From Monocercomonoides exilis PA203 (lineage: Eukaryota > Protista > Preaxostyla): a stretch of 64,000 bases of DNA. The DNA lies in the NCBI GenBank assembly GCA_001643675.2, contig LSRY02000044.1, forward strand, positions 186,001-250,000, given 5' to 3'. The stretch's first letter is position 1. Each line of letters starts with the position of its first letter. The position numbers were made by a program, and so were the translations under genes. Below, piece by piece: positions 25,700-36,625 of this stretch. The notes under the pieces are model-generated. The model ran no database searches. It was not told where the DNA came from and saw nothing but the letters and a program-made list of their open reading frames with translations.

Positions 25700-28600
25700 G
25701 AAAAAATTGAATTGTTGTTAAAAATACAACGAAAATTGTTTGAGTTACACAAGAAGATGTCTGCAAATACATATCGGATTAACAATCGAAATAAGAATGG
25801 TTTAACAAAATCTCCATATATGAAAACATTCGAAAAAGGTGTTGGAAAATCAATCAAAACAATAAATATATGAGACACAACAGAAAATAAATACTCATGT
25901 CTGTTAACAATCAAAAAGGGAAACACAATCACAAAAACTTGAAAATAGAAAAATAGACAAACACAAACAGTTGTTTTGGTGAATGACAAAATCTAGTGAA
26001 AAAAAATAAAACAAACAAAATAAAAACAAATATTCATTTGAGGCTTTCCCACAAATCAAAACACATTCTCAAAATAAAAAAAAAACATCTATTTGAAATA
26101 AAAATCTGACTTTCTTCAATTCCACAAAGCAGCCACTGGTAATGCAGCTGCCCTGATATTTTCATTCCACCAACAAAACACTTATTCAAAGCAACACCAT
26201 CTCAAATTGCTCATCCATATTTCCTTCATTTCCTCTTTCTGCTCAATCGCATTCCCCTTCCAAACTATTTCAAACTGCAACTGCTGCTGGTGTTTCCCTC
26301 ATCTTCATCATCCTCATCAACTTCATTATTATTATTATTATCGTCACCCTCATCATCCTGTCCATTCGCTTCGCAATACATCAACGACTGAATCGCAACT
26401 GCATCCGAAACTGTCATGATCAGCGCCTCTTTCGGAAAGTGCCCAAGAAACTCCCGCTTCAAATCTCCCAGTGTCGGCCGCAGCCCTGCCTCACCCGACA
26501 GGCACTCCTTCACCACCTCTTCGAGACTCGAGTGCTCTTCCCCCATCCTCGGCCTCTCCCCACGAACAATCTTGTCTCCTGCAATCGCTGCCTCATACTC
26601 TCCAAACGGAATCTCCAGTGTCAAGCACTCCCACAGCATCATCCCAATCGAGAATGCTATTGAGCTCTTTGTTGCTCCCATCTTCTTGTTCATCTGCAGC
26701 TCTGGTGCCTTCCACCTTAAACACTCTTTTTTGTAATCATCTTCATCCTCAAACGCTGATGAGGGAAGAGAGTCACTATCATCATCATCACTAGCAGATG
26801 TCACAACTGTTGATGAAGAGATGGATGATGAATCTGAGTCATCTTCTGACAATAAGTCTGAATGCGTCACAATGCAGATCACCATATGTTCTGAGAACAG
26901 CACAACATGAGGACTCAAATTGGAAAGAGAGGAAAGCGGAACTTCCATTTCGTCAAAGGAGTGGAGCGCCAGATTAGCCACCCAGAACAGAATCTGAGCA
27001 GCTGTTTGCTCTCTTTGCTGAAGAGTGCCAATCGCCATCTCTTTCTTCTCATTCCTTCCATGCAGCAGCATGAACAGTGAATCTCTCAAGTCCACAATCA
27101 GCTTCTCATGAGGAGATGAACAGGCCATTGCATCCACCAGATTCGACATCGATGAGGTAGTTGGACTCACATCTTCAATTTGCACAAATGAGGTTTCTGT
27201 GTCTGTGGATGAAATCGATGGTGATGGTGTTCTCTTCCTTATCTCTTCCTCTTCTTCTTTCTCCAGTGCCCATTCAGGAATCTTGTCTGAATCCTTTCCA
27301 AGAATATATTCTGTCGATCCACTCTCAGCCAACAAATACTCTTCTGAATCCGAATGCACCATAGTTTTCACAAACACTCTCTTCTTTGCGTTCTCTTCAT
27401 TCTTCTTCTCTTCTCTACTCCACTGCTCCTCTGGTGACATCTCCATCGTCACCATCTCAAACGCCTTCGGATCCTTCTTGATGTTATCATTCACAATCTC
27501 TCTCAGATCTTTGTTCTCTTTCTTTGCTTTTCTCCATCGAACAGCCAGAACAATAGATACAATCAGAACAACCAATAATATCACAATCAACACAACAACA
27601 ATGATAATCCAATAAGATTTCCCCTCTTTTCCTCCTTCAACAATCCTTTCATCTCCACTTGTTTTGGATTCACTCCTGTTCTTTAGGACAAATGGATCAG
27701 TTGAGGAAGGAGCATTTGAATTCCCAAATAAAATATGCACACTCACCTCAACATCATTTCCACAGCTGCTGATTAGATCTTTTGCCACAGTACCCTCAAC
27801 TTCTCTCTCTGACAAAAACCCACTTGAATCAAAATCGTATTTTTCAATCTCTTTCTCTTCTCCTTTCCTCTTCACAACTGAGAATAACAGATTGCATGGA
27901 ACAAGAAGCATCCCTTTGAATGTCAACTTCATTCTATCTGTCTCTTCCTTTGCTTCTACACTCTCCAATACAGGTATGAAAAATGATGAATCCCTCTCAG
28001 AAGCAATCCCTTCAAAACTGCATCCTTCATTCAACATCCAAAGTGAGGAGTTATCCTTCAATCCATCTCCTCCTTTCAAACTCTTCACATTCAATGTTCC
28101 TGAATCTGAACAAATGATGTTCCTTCTCAGTGATGGATATCCTTCAATCGATGGATTATTGTTTTCAAATCTTCCATAATTAACAGTCAACGCCCCTCCA
28201 CTCATTGTTATTCCTCCTTCTGGTGAATTCGAGATTGTTGTATCTTTCATCATCACATAACTCTTCACAACATCCACAAGAGATCCATCCCATCTGCACA
28301 TCTCTTCTTCTATATTCAAATATTGTTCATTTCTTTTCTTTAGGTTTCCATCAAAAATGCAACTGTCCATTTTCACATCAGTGCAATTCTCCATTTTCAT
28401 CAATTTCCCTTTTGTGACCTTTGAACTGACTCCAAATATTGTGCAATTTGTCAATTGCATAGTCTTTTTCATTGAAAGGCAAGATATCAATGATTTATCA
28501 TTTCCTTCAACTGAGATATTTTCTGTATTGATATTCTTTATTGTAAATTGTCCACATTCTTTAAAATCCATCAAAGATGTTCTAATTGTTGAATTGCAAA

Positions 28601-31600
28601 TCGTTGATGAATCAATCACTGATGGAAGAGAAGATGAAAGATATATTGAAGATTTTTGAAGCACAAGATTTGACGCTGTGCATCCAACAATTTGTAATTC
28701 TCCTTTTTCTATATTAATAATGTGAAATGGAATGTTTGCAAAAGCAGCATTTCCTTCTTCAATTAAATGTTTTGAGCTGAATGAACAATTCATAATTTCT
28801 AGAATTCCTCCTTCGGGTGACATCAATGATTCATGTGAAGAGATGAAATACGAATCAAATACAAAATTCACTCTCACCAACGAGACTGTTTCTCTTGTTG
28901 AAATCAAAGAATCCCTTGTTTTTTCAATTCTTGATTTCACTTCAACTTTACAATTTTCTCTGCTCTTCGAACTCAGACTCATTTCCTTCAGATTTATTTC
29001 TCTTCCAACCACACTCTCAGTATCAACATACAATAGACTCACATATTCAGATGTCAAGTGAATCAGACCTCGTTCAATTGAATCACATGGAAGAGCATTT
29101 GTTCCACATTGTCTGTCATTCGATCCAACCGCACTGCTCACAATTATTGTGTCACTCTGATGGATAGTCACAAAATCAATCAGATTTGTATCTTCTTTGT
29201 GTTCGCAACAATCAATTCCATATATCGCATTCATCCGCGAATAATGGCCCTCTCGAAGATCAAACTGAAATTGGCTTTCATTGATCTGAGATGTGATGCT
29301 GAAACATTCAATGAAAATATCATTCCCCACTCTTGCTGTATTTGCACTGAATTTCATTCCCACAAATGTGAAATTCAATTCTCCTCTTTCCTTTGTTGTC
29401 AAATACACTCCTCCTCCTCTTCCTGTGGAGTCACTGCAGCTGCATTGACTGATTATCGAGTCAATCATCTTCATTGATCCAGATGCACCCAATGTGAAGA
29501 ATATTGCCCCTCCTTTTTCACTTGTTTCTGCCTTGTCTTCTGTGATGTTGCTCTCATTCACAACAAAACAAATCTTTTTCTCACTCTTCGATTCCAAAAT
29601 GCTTGCTCCATTGTCACTTCTCTTCACCCCTGAAAATGATGAATTATCAATGTTGAGACTCATTTCCTCACCCACTTCATTTATCTTCAATCCTGTTTCA
29701 GACTTCTTGATTGACAAAATGCAACCTCCACTTTCATTCAACGATTCCACTTGAACATTCACAAAATGGCAAGTAATTCCAGTATCATGAATGACAAAAA
29801 TATTGTTTCCAACATTGCACGATTCAATCGACAAATCATTCACTTCCATACTTCCTCCAATCGCATTTACAAATGGACAATCAAATCCATTGTTCACTCC
29901 TGCTTCTGAATGGAATGAGCATCCAGTTATCACCAATTCTCCATTTATATTCGAAATAATTGTTTTGGCTGAGTTGTCAAATCCAGATGTTAATTGAAGT
30001 TGGATGTTTGTCAATTCAAGATAAATATCATTTTCCATAAAATATTCCAGTTGGCCTCCAATTGCCTTTTCAAAATTCAATGTTGCTTTCACATTCTCTT
30101 CTCCCATCTTCACACCCTTTTTGATCTGATAATTGGACACATTGAATGAATCTCGAATGATTGTTGATCCTTCAATCTGAATTGTTTTATTTCCTTCTCC
30201 CTCTATCATGTTTTCCATCCCTTTCCACATCGTCTGACATGGCTCTTCTTCACTTCCACAACGTGCAACATCAAATCCTTCAGATGAGACAAATATCTCA
30301 AATGAGCTGAATGGAATGAGGAACATGAACAAATCCTTTTCTTGATGAAAATCATCACTCCCAACAAACAGAGTCTTATCATCTTTCATTGAGGAATAAT
30401 CAAATTTGAATGAGTCGTTTGTCACGGTCTTGTTCAGATCAGATGTGGAAATGAACATGTTCTTCCCCTTCCATGCACTGCACCCACTAAATGTCATGTT
30501 CTCCAATGAAAATGTTCCTATTTGATTGGCAAGTTCAGCAAACATCCCTCCTCCCATTCCTCTCCCTCCGTTCTCAACATCCTCTGATGGCACAGCACAT
30601 CCTGATAATTTCACTCCTTTCACTCTCAATGTTCCTCCATTTCCCACTGATATCATCATCCCTCCTCCTTTCATTCCACTTCCACCTGAGCATCTTGATG
30701 AAAAATTGCTTTCTTCAATTTTCACATTCCCATTAACCCCCATCCCAACATTCAAACATCCCCCTCCTCCACTTCCACCTGCCACATTCACCTCCACTCC
30801 ACTCACTCTGCTATTCAATATCTCCAATTGCGCTCCACTTGTCATTGTGATTGGTGATTTCCCATTCATCTTCAGTGTCATTCCACTTTCCATCACAAAT
30901 CCATCAACAATCAGATTCCCTCCTGCCATATCAATGATGCTGTATCCTATCTTTCCATCAGTCAATGCCCCACTCTCAAATGAGACTGAACAGTTCGTCA
31001 CACTGAGTGTTGATGTTGAATGAATGAATGCACTTCTCCTTGCTTTCAACTGACCTTTCACAACAAATGCAAGTCTGCTCATTGTCAGTGAACTCGAACA
31101 CCCAACAAGCCAATCTTGTGTGTCTGATCCTCCATCACTCACATTCACTCGAATCCTCTCTCCATCTGATGACACTATTCTGCCTGAAATATTCACACCA
31201 AATGATGGTCCTGTTATTTCCTTCGTTATTGACGAAGATGAGATAACTTCTATTTCTTTTGAACCTTCACTCAACCTCGAGTTCGCACAATAATCAACTG
31301 TCAAACACCTAAATGCATCAAATCCACAATGATTGTGATCCTTCCCATTTCCTCCACTCCCATCAACAAGCACTTTTGCCCCCATTGTGCACAAATACAC
31401 AAACAGTGGAATCACTCCACTTTCATCCCCATTTTCACTCCCACTCAGTTTCAACACATCTGATGGAATTGTTCTCACATCAAAAAATGAAAATGTGTTT
31501 GTATTCACTTTTGAATCCAAAAACACTCCACTCCCACAATCAACAAACACATCCTTCCCATATGTTGCCACATTCCCATTCACTTTCGAAAACTCAACAT

Positions 31601-34600
31601 TCTGCCCAATTGTCAATCCACATCCCTCACTCTCCATCAATACAAACATCCCTCCTCCTCTCCCTCCATTATTCTTTGCATTATTCTCTGCCTTATTCCC
31701 ATCAATCACACTCGTTCCACTCGCAGCCACTTTTCCACTTCCCTTCAATCCAACATACATTCCTCCTCCTTTTCCACCACCACAACTGCACCCATTCACA
31801 TTGCATCCATCAACAGTCAACGTTCCACACCCTCCAACTGTTCCTTTCATCCATCCTCCATCTCCACCATTCCTTTTGACTCCACTGATATTGCATCCTG
31901 AACAAATCACATTCGTCATCCCTTCACAAAACTCAATCGCTGAGTGATCATTGAATGTCAGCCCTTCCTCCATCACAAATCGTTCCACGTTCAGACTCCC
32001 GCTCTGCGCATTCACAATGCTATATCCAAAGGTCACACTCGATGTGCTCTCTGATATATGAGCAACTGAGCAGTCTGTGAGTGTGAGTGATGAGCTTGTC
32101 AAACAAATGAGTGATGTTGCACTCGATAACGAAAATGGAATTTGGAATGCAATGTTCTTTATTGAGCTTGCACTCTGAACATTTATCAAATACGAAGATG
32201 TCATTCCACTCGGCACTCTCACATTCACATTCGTCTTGTTAATCCCACAATACACCTCCCATTCATATGACCCCTCCATCGACACAACTTCTTCCAGCTC
32301 AAACCCTGAATCCAACACAATGTTCTTTTTTGACAAACTGAATCTGTTCTCTGCTGCCTTTGCGATTGTTTTGCATGGAAAATACCCAAACCCACAAAAC
32401 CACGAGTCATATCCTCCATATCCATTTACCCCCTTCCCCACATGTGCTGCTCCTGAAAATGCATCCAAAAACACATTCAATGGGAATATTCCCATCCCTC
32501 CCTCATTCCGATCATATCCCATCAGCTCATCATTAACAGATCCATTGTGTCCAACATTCAGCTTTGAGGCTGTTATTGCCCCACTCACAAACCTGCTCCC
32601 ATTCACAAGCACATCTTTCCCTCCCAATGTTGCGCTGCAACCAACAAAACTCACTGATGATATTGTAAAATCGAATGAGCTATCTGCCAGCCACAGCATC
32701 ACCCCTCCTCCATATCCACTGCACTTGCACTGATTAAATGTTGTTGTCCCTCCGCCAGGTGACGTTGAATCTCCAATAAGAATCTTGCTCGATATTCCCT
32801 CCAGCACAACCTTTATCCCTCCTCCATCTCCATTCACACACTCACATCCTTCCATTGTTGTGTTCCACACCACAAATGTCTCTCCTCCCTTCACACTCTT
32901 TGTCATCACCACTCCATCTCCTTCTGTTGTCCGATTCACATTTCGAATTGTCACATTCCCCAGAACACTCTCTCCTGATGCCGATCCTGTTGATAATGGT
33001 TCAGAAAACAGAGGCTGTAATATTTTCATATTTTTGATCTCCACATCAATCATCTTCAACTGCCTCAGCGCCACTTCAAGCACAGATGAAGAGATTCCAC
33101 TCCCACCTGATGTCGAAGAGTTGATCACCACATCCTCCAGCGAAAGAGTCCCGCTCCCCACAGACACCACAAACACACTCGGCGATGGGCTTCTTGTCGC
33201 GTTGTGATCGATCCCCACATGCCCCACCTTCAGTTGACCAGAAGATATGCTGAACAGCGTTGTTGAAGAGATTGAAAGAGAATTTGTCCCAATCACACTC
33301 ACTGCCTTCCCTTTCCCAACAACTGAAATCTTCTTTTCCCCGACATTGATTGTTGCTGCTTCGCTCGCATGTCTTCCGACAAGCACTGAAATTCCAAAAC
33401 TAGCTATATCATTGCATTTATTCACGCAATATCCAATCGTTTTACAAGGCTTTGTTTCATTTATCCCACATAATTCATTTGAGTCATTTCCATTCTCTCC
33501 AACATAAATCGTTTTGTTCTTAAGCCAATCCTTCTTTTCTGTATGTTGAGACACCAAATTGTTTCCGTTATAATAATCATAGTACACTCTCCTATTATCG
33601 CTATTCGTTGTATATGATTCATAGAAAGGGTTGTTAGACGAAAAGAGATTGTAATAATCTGAAAAACACACATCATGACCATATGGAGTTAAAGAGTTGC
33701 AACTGCAATCATGGAAGAAGAAGAAATAGCAATAAATGTTGTTGCTTGGGGCTGTTGGTTGATATGGATCAAAATACAATCCTCCGCCAGTTGATGCTGC
33801 GTTGCACGAAATGAACTGCATGCTACGCATTTTGAATGCAGCTGGAACACCGTAGCAATACATCCCTCCACCAGCAGCATTTGTAAGTGAGCACGAAGTG
33901 AAACTGCAGTCAAACACACCCGCACTCTCTCCTCCTCCATTTTCTTCTCTAATGCATCCTGTTTCTGAAACATTAAAATAATCGAGATAAAGTCCTCCTC
34001 CACAATCTTTTGCTGTGCATTTATGGAATTCGCACCCACTGATCCTGACACATGACGAAATTGATTCAGCATGCATCCCTCCTCCAGCCAAATTTTGTGC
34101 AGTACAAGCATTGAATGAGTTGTTCTCAATCTTGACAGAATTGATAGAATAACAAAATATTCCTCCACCATAAGCATATGCATAGCAATCATTAAATGAA
34201 CAAAATTTCACTGAAAGCGTCCCAGCTGCAAGATTATACATGTTAATCGCCCCTCCATTCGAAGCCCTATCTGTATAAGAATTAGTTGTTCCAGTTGTAT
34301 TTGACCCATTCCACACGCACCAAGTGAACGAATTCGCCCCATTGTCTGCTATCTGCTGTCTCGCTGGTTTCGATGGATTCCCCTCACTCCCGCTGATTGC
34401 AACATTCTGAGAGCGATAGCACCTGACAAAAGAGGTGTTCGAAGCAGCCAAGGATGATGAGGGGCTGTTCAGCGAGGGGACAATGCCCCCGTCATACACA
34501 TCCCACACCGATGAAAATGTGCACCCACTCATCAGAAACACTCTTTGGCCCAGTCCTTCAGCCAGTTGCCTTGTTTTCAATGGATTTGTGGAGATGTTGA

Positions 34601-36625
34601 AGAATTCTAATTGGGAAAGGGATACAAAGTGCGATGAGATGAACGGAGCTGAAGACACACAAAAAGATGAGAAATGAGAAGAACAAACAGAAATGTGGCA
34701 TTTCTCTGAAATATCTCCTTCCACTGCTTTTGAAGAGAAAAGTGGAGGGAATATCTGTTCAGTCGAGGATGAGGTTGAAGTTGAAGACGATCTGAGGGAA
34801 ATGTTGGTGAACAATCCACAGCTCCCACACAAATCAAAGGGGGGTGTCTCTCTCTCAACTCCAATCACACATCCATGCACCTCAACAGAACTTCCATCCG
34901 ATGCCCTGAGCACACTCTCCCCACTGATTTCCCTCAATCTCAATGAATTCAGTTTCAGTGATGAATTGACCCCAACAACACTTCCCTCAACCCCACTCCC
35001 ACCACACACACCCTCCTTTCCCCACATTTTCCACTCATCGCAAAAACCCCATTTTTCATCTTTCCCAACCTCTCCACTTTTCCCATTCCATTGTTTTGTG
35101 CATTTCTTCAATATTTTCTTTTGCTTTTCGGTCTCTCCCACACCACCTTCATTTCCTTCAATAAATGTGTCAAATAAATGGCCATCTCCAATTTTGTTGT
35201 TTTGAGCCTTCTCTCGCAATGTGCCTTCAGGATAATCCAATTCTCCTTCTTTCGCTGATTCCTCAACAAATCCTGCTCCATCACTTGTGGCACTCTTGCA
35301 CACGCACCCCACACTAATTATCCACACACAATAAAATATTCCTGACAGCAACATAACCATGCCTCTCCAACTGCTTTCTTTTCTTTTTTCTATTGCAGAC
35401 TAATATGGGCACTTCAACAAAAAAAAATATTATTAAACTTTTGATAAATATTGTATTATAATTAAAATAAATATTCTCCTTTGTTTATTTTTCAACATTT
35501 ATTTATGATCCGATGAATAATAGAGAATGAATCATCCATTTTTGTTGATGTTCCGATATTTCAGCCGTCACTCTCCGTCCAGCGAATATCTGCCTCTGGG
35601 ATGGAACAACGCATGATTTGGAGCATATAATTTTGCTGGCTGTATTTTCATGAGGAATGGCATCAGGGAAAGAAATGAATGATGTGAAGATTGGTTTCAC
35701 AGGTGAATGGAAGGGGTGCGAATGATGGAAGTTTTGCGATTCTGCATCACATATAAATGTATGTCTTTTGGTGGATTTTTTGTGATATTTTTATTTGAAG
35801 AGATTTTTGATGTTTTGAAAGAAATGATTGTTTTTGCCTCGATTGGCTGAAATGGACACTTTTCACAAAAGGGATGGGATGCATGGAACAAGGTTATATG
35901 AGCATTTGGGTTGGATTTTTGATGAGTTTTTCTCACAGATAGAGATGGAATTTCAGTTCAAGAGAAAAAGGCCAAAATGTGAAATGAGTGAAAATGGACA
36001 TTTTTTGTTGAGGCAAAGGGGTTGCAGGAAGGGATTCTATTTGCTATTGGTATGCGACAAACTTTGTTTTATTCGAATATTTTCATGAAAAATGAAATTT
36101 TTTATTTTTATTTATTCGTATTTTTGGGCAGTGGAAGTTATTTGAGAAATTCCTGATGATTTCTATTTGCAGGGAGAAATTCTTTTGGAGAAAGGAAGAA
36201 GGGTAAATAAGGAAGAATAATCAGATTAAAGGATATTTAAGATAAAAGTTCTATTAAAGAGGAAAAGAACAAACTACAATGATGATTAAGAAAGAAAAGA
36301 ATGGAAAAAGATGATTCCATTGAAACAATTCTTTCGAACGTTTTTGGATCATCGTACATCAGCATCGTTTTGGAAGAGGAGATGAACTTCTATTCATATG
36401 CATATTCTCAGAAGCGACAAAGATATGACTGAAAGGAAAAGTATTTCTTCTTCTTCTTTAAACACATCTCAAACATCATCATCTTCCTCCTTGCACAACC
36501 TTCTTCATCATCATATGCTGTATCAGAAATGATGCAAAGGGAATGCTAATCTGGCTAATCGATGAGAATTCAAGCCAATCCTTTTGTGATTGAGCTGCTG
36601 AGAAGAGGAAAGAGGAAATAGAAAA
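25700..36625 (-). repeat. Left unit of an inverted duplication (gene plus flanks); partner 55195 to the window end
   Basis: Homology covers about 1.25 kb upstream and over 0.5 kb downstream of both CDS; mirror ORFs 35828/55772 and 25684/63786. Boundaries approximate. Confidence 0.9.
26265..35360 (-). CDS. Giant single-pass receptor-like protein (3031 aa): signal peptide, Pmp-like beta-helix ectodomain, five Cys-knuckle modules, TM helix, TKL-like pseudokinase
   Basis: Uninterrupted ORF; hydrophobic N-terminus; repeated FxxC...GGG(A/I/M) motifs; TM YWIIIVVVLIVILLVVLIVSIVLAV followed by RWRK; kinase C-lobe RWKAPEL...FSIGMMLWECLTLEIPF...GERP...CL...RPT. Confidence 0.92.
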   Translation of the reverse strand: MVMLLSGIFYCVWIISVGCVCKSATSDGAGFVEESAKEGELDYPEGTLREKAQNNKIGDGHLFDTFIEGNEGGVGETEKQKKILKKCTKQWNGKSGEVGKDEKWGFCDEWKMWGKEGVCGGSGVEGSVVGVNSSLKLNSLRLREISGESVLRASDGSSVEVHGCVIGVERETPPFDLCGSCGLFTNISLRSSSTSTSSSTEQIFPPLFSSKAVEGDISEKCHISVCSSHFSSFCVSSAPFISSHFVSLSQLEFFNISTNPLKTRQLAEGLGQRVFLMSGCTFSSVWDVYDGGIVPSLNSPSSSLAASNTSFVRCYRSQNVAISGSEGNPSKPARQQIADNGANSFTWCVWNGSNTTGTTNSYTDRASNGGAINMYNLAAGTLSVKFCSFNDCYAYAYGGGIFCYSINSVKIENNSFNACTAQNLAGGGMHAESISSCVRISGCEFHKCTAKDCGGGLYLDYFNVSETGCIREENGGGESAGVFDCSFTSCSLTNAAGGGMYCYGVPAAFKMRSMQFISCNAASTGGGLYFDPYQPTAPSNNIYCYFFFFHDCSCNSLTPYGHDVCFSDYYNLFSSNNPFYESYTTNSDNRRVYYDYYNGNNLVSQHTEKKDWLKNKTIYVGENGNDSNELCGINETKPCKTIGYCVNKCNDIASFGISVLVGRHASEAATINVGEKKISVVGKGKAVSVIGTNSLSISSTTLFSISSGQLKVGHVGIDHNATRSPSPSVFVVSVGSGTLSLEDVVINSSTSGGSGISSSVLEVALRQLKMIDVEIKNMKILQPLFSEPLSTGSASGESVLGNVTIRNVNRTTEGDGVVMTKSVKGGETFVVWNTTMEGCECVNGDGGGIKVVLEGISSKILIGDSTSPGGGTTTFNQCKCSGYGGGVMLWLADSSFDFTISSVSFVGCSATLGGKDVLVNGSRFVSGAITASKLNVGHNGSVNDELMGYDRNEGGMGIFPLNVFLDAFSGAAHVGKGVNGYGGYDSWFCGFGYFPCKTIAKAAENRFSLSKKNIVLDSGFELEEVVSMEGSYEWEVYCGINKTNVNVRVPSGMTSSYLINVQSASSIKNIAFQIPFSLSSATSLICLTSSSLTLTDCSVAHISESTSSVTFGYSIVNAQSGSLNVERFVMEEGLTFNDHSAIEFCEGMTNVICSGCNISGVKRNGGDGGWMKGTVGGCGTLTVDGCNVNGCSCGGGKGGGMYVGLKGSGKVAASGTSVIDGNKAENNAKNNGGRGGGMFVLMESEGCGLTIGQNVEFSKVNGNVATYGKDVFVDCGSGVFLDSKVNTNTFSFFDVRTIPSDVLKLSGSENGDESGVIPLFVYLCTMGAKVLVDGSGGNGKDHNHCGFDAFRCLTVDYCANSRLSEGSKEIEVISSSSITKEITGPSFGVNISGRIVSSDGERIRVNVSDGGSDTQDWLVGCSSSLTMSRLAFVVKGQLKARRSAFIHSTSTLSVTNCSVSFESGALTDGKIGYSIIDMAGGNLIVDGFVMESGMTLKMNGKSPITMTSGAQLEILNSRVSGVEVNVAGGSGGGGCLNVGMGVNGNVKIEESNFSSRCSGGSGMKGGGMMISVGNGGTLRVKGVKLSGCAVPSEDVENGGRGMGGGMFAELANQIGTFSLENMTFSGCSAWKGKNMFISTSDLNKTVTNDSFKFDYSSMKDDKTLFVGSDDFHQEKDLFMFLIPFSSFEIFVSSEGFDVARCGSEEEPCQTMWKGMENMIEGEGNKTIQIEGSTIIRDSFNVSNYQIKKGVKMGEENVKATLNFEKAIGGQLEYFMENDIYLELTNIQLQLTSGFDNSAKTIISNINGELVITGCSFHSEAGVNNGFDCPFVNAIGGSMEVNDLSIESCNVGNNIFVIHDTGITCHFVNVQVESLNESGGCILSIKKSETGLKINEVGEEMSLNIDNSSFSGVKRSDNGASILESKSEKKICFVVNESNITEDKAETSEKGGAIFFTLGASGSMKMIDSIISQCSCSDSTGRGGGVYLTTKERGELNFTFVGMKFSANTARVGNDIFIECFSITSQINESQFQFDLREGHYSRMNAIYGIDCCEHKEDTNLIDFVTIHQSDTIIVSSAVGSNDRQCGTNALPCDSIERGLIHLTSEYVSLLYVDTESVVGREINLKEMSLSSKSRENCKVEVKSRIEKTRDSLISTRETVSLVRVNFVFDSYFISSHESLMSPEGGILEIMNCSFSSKHLIEEGNAAFANIPFHIINIEKGELQIVGCTASNLVLQKSSIYLSSSLPSVIDSSTICNSTIRTSLMDFKECGQFTIKNINTENISVEGNDKSLISCLSMKKTMQLTNCTIFGVSSKVTKGKLMKMENCTDVKMDSCIFDGNLKKRNEQYLNIEEEMCRWDGSLVDVVKSYVMMKDTTISNSPEGGITMSGGALTVNYGRFENNNPSIEGYPSLRRNIICSDSGTLNVKSLKGGDGLKDNSSLWMLNEGCSFEGIASERDSSFFIPVLESVEAKEETDRMKLTFKGMLLVPCNLLFSVVKRKGEEKEIEKYDFDSSGFLSEREVEGTVAKDLISSCGNDVEVSVHILFGNSNAPSSTDPFVLKNRSESKTSGDERIVEGGKEGKSYWIIIVVVLIVILLVVLIVSIVLAVRWRKAKKENKDLREIVNDNIKKDPKAFEMVTMEMSPEEQWSREEKKNEENAKKRVFVKTMVHSDSEEYLLAESGSTEYILGKDSDKIPEWALEKEEEEEIRKRTPSPSISSTDTETSFVQIEDVSPTTSSMSNLVDAMACSSPHEKLIVDLRDSLFMLLHGRNEKKEMAIGTLQQREQTAAQILFWVANLALHSFDEMEVPLSSLSNLSPHVVLFSEHMVICIVTHSDLLSEDDSDSSSISSSTVVTSASDDDDSDSLPSSAFEDEDDYKKECLRWKAPELQMNKKMGATKSSIAFSIGMMLWECLTLEIPFGEYEAAIAGDKIVRGERPRMGEEHSSLEEVVKECLSGEAGLRPTLGDLKREFLGHFPKEALIMTVSDAVAIQSLMYCEANGQDDEGDDNNNNNEVDEDDEDEGNTSSSCSLK

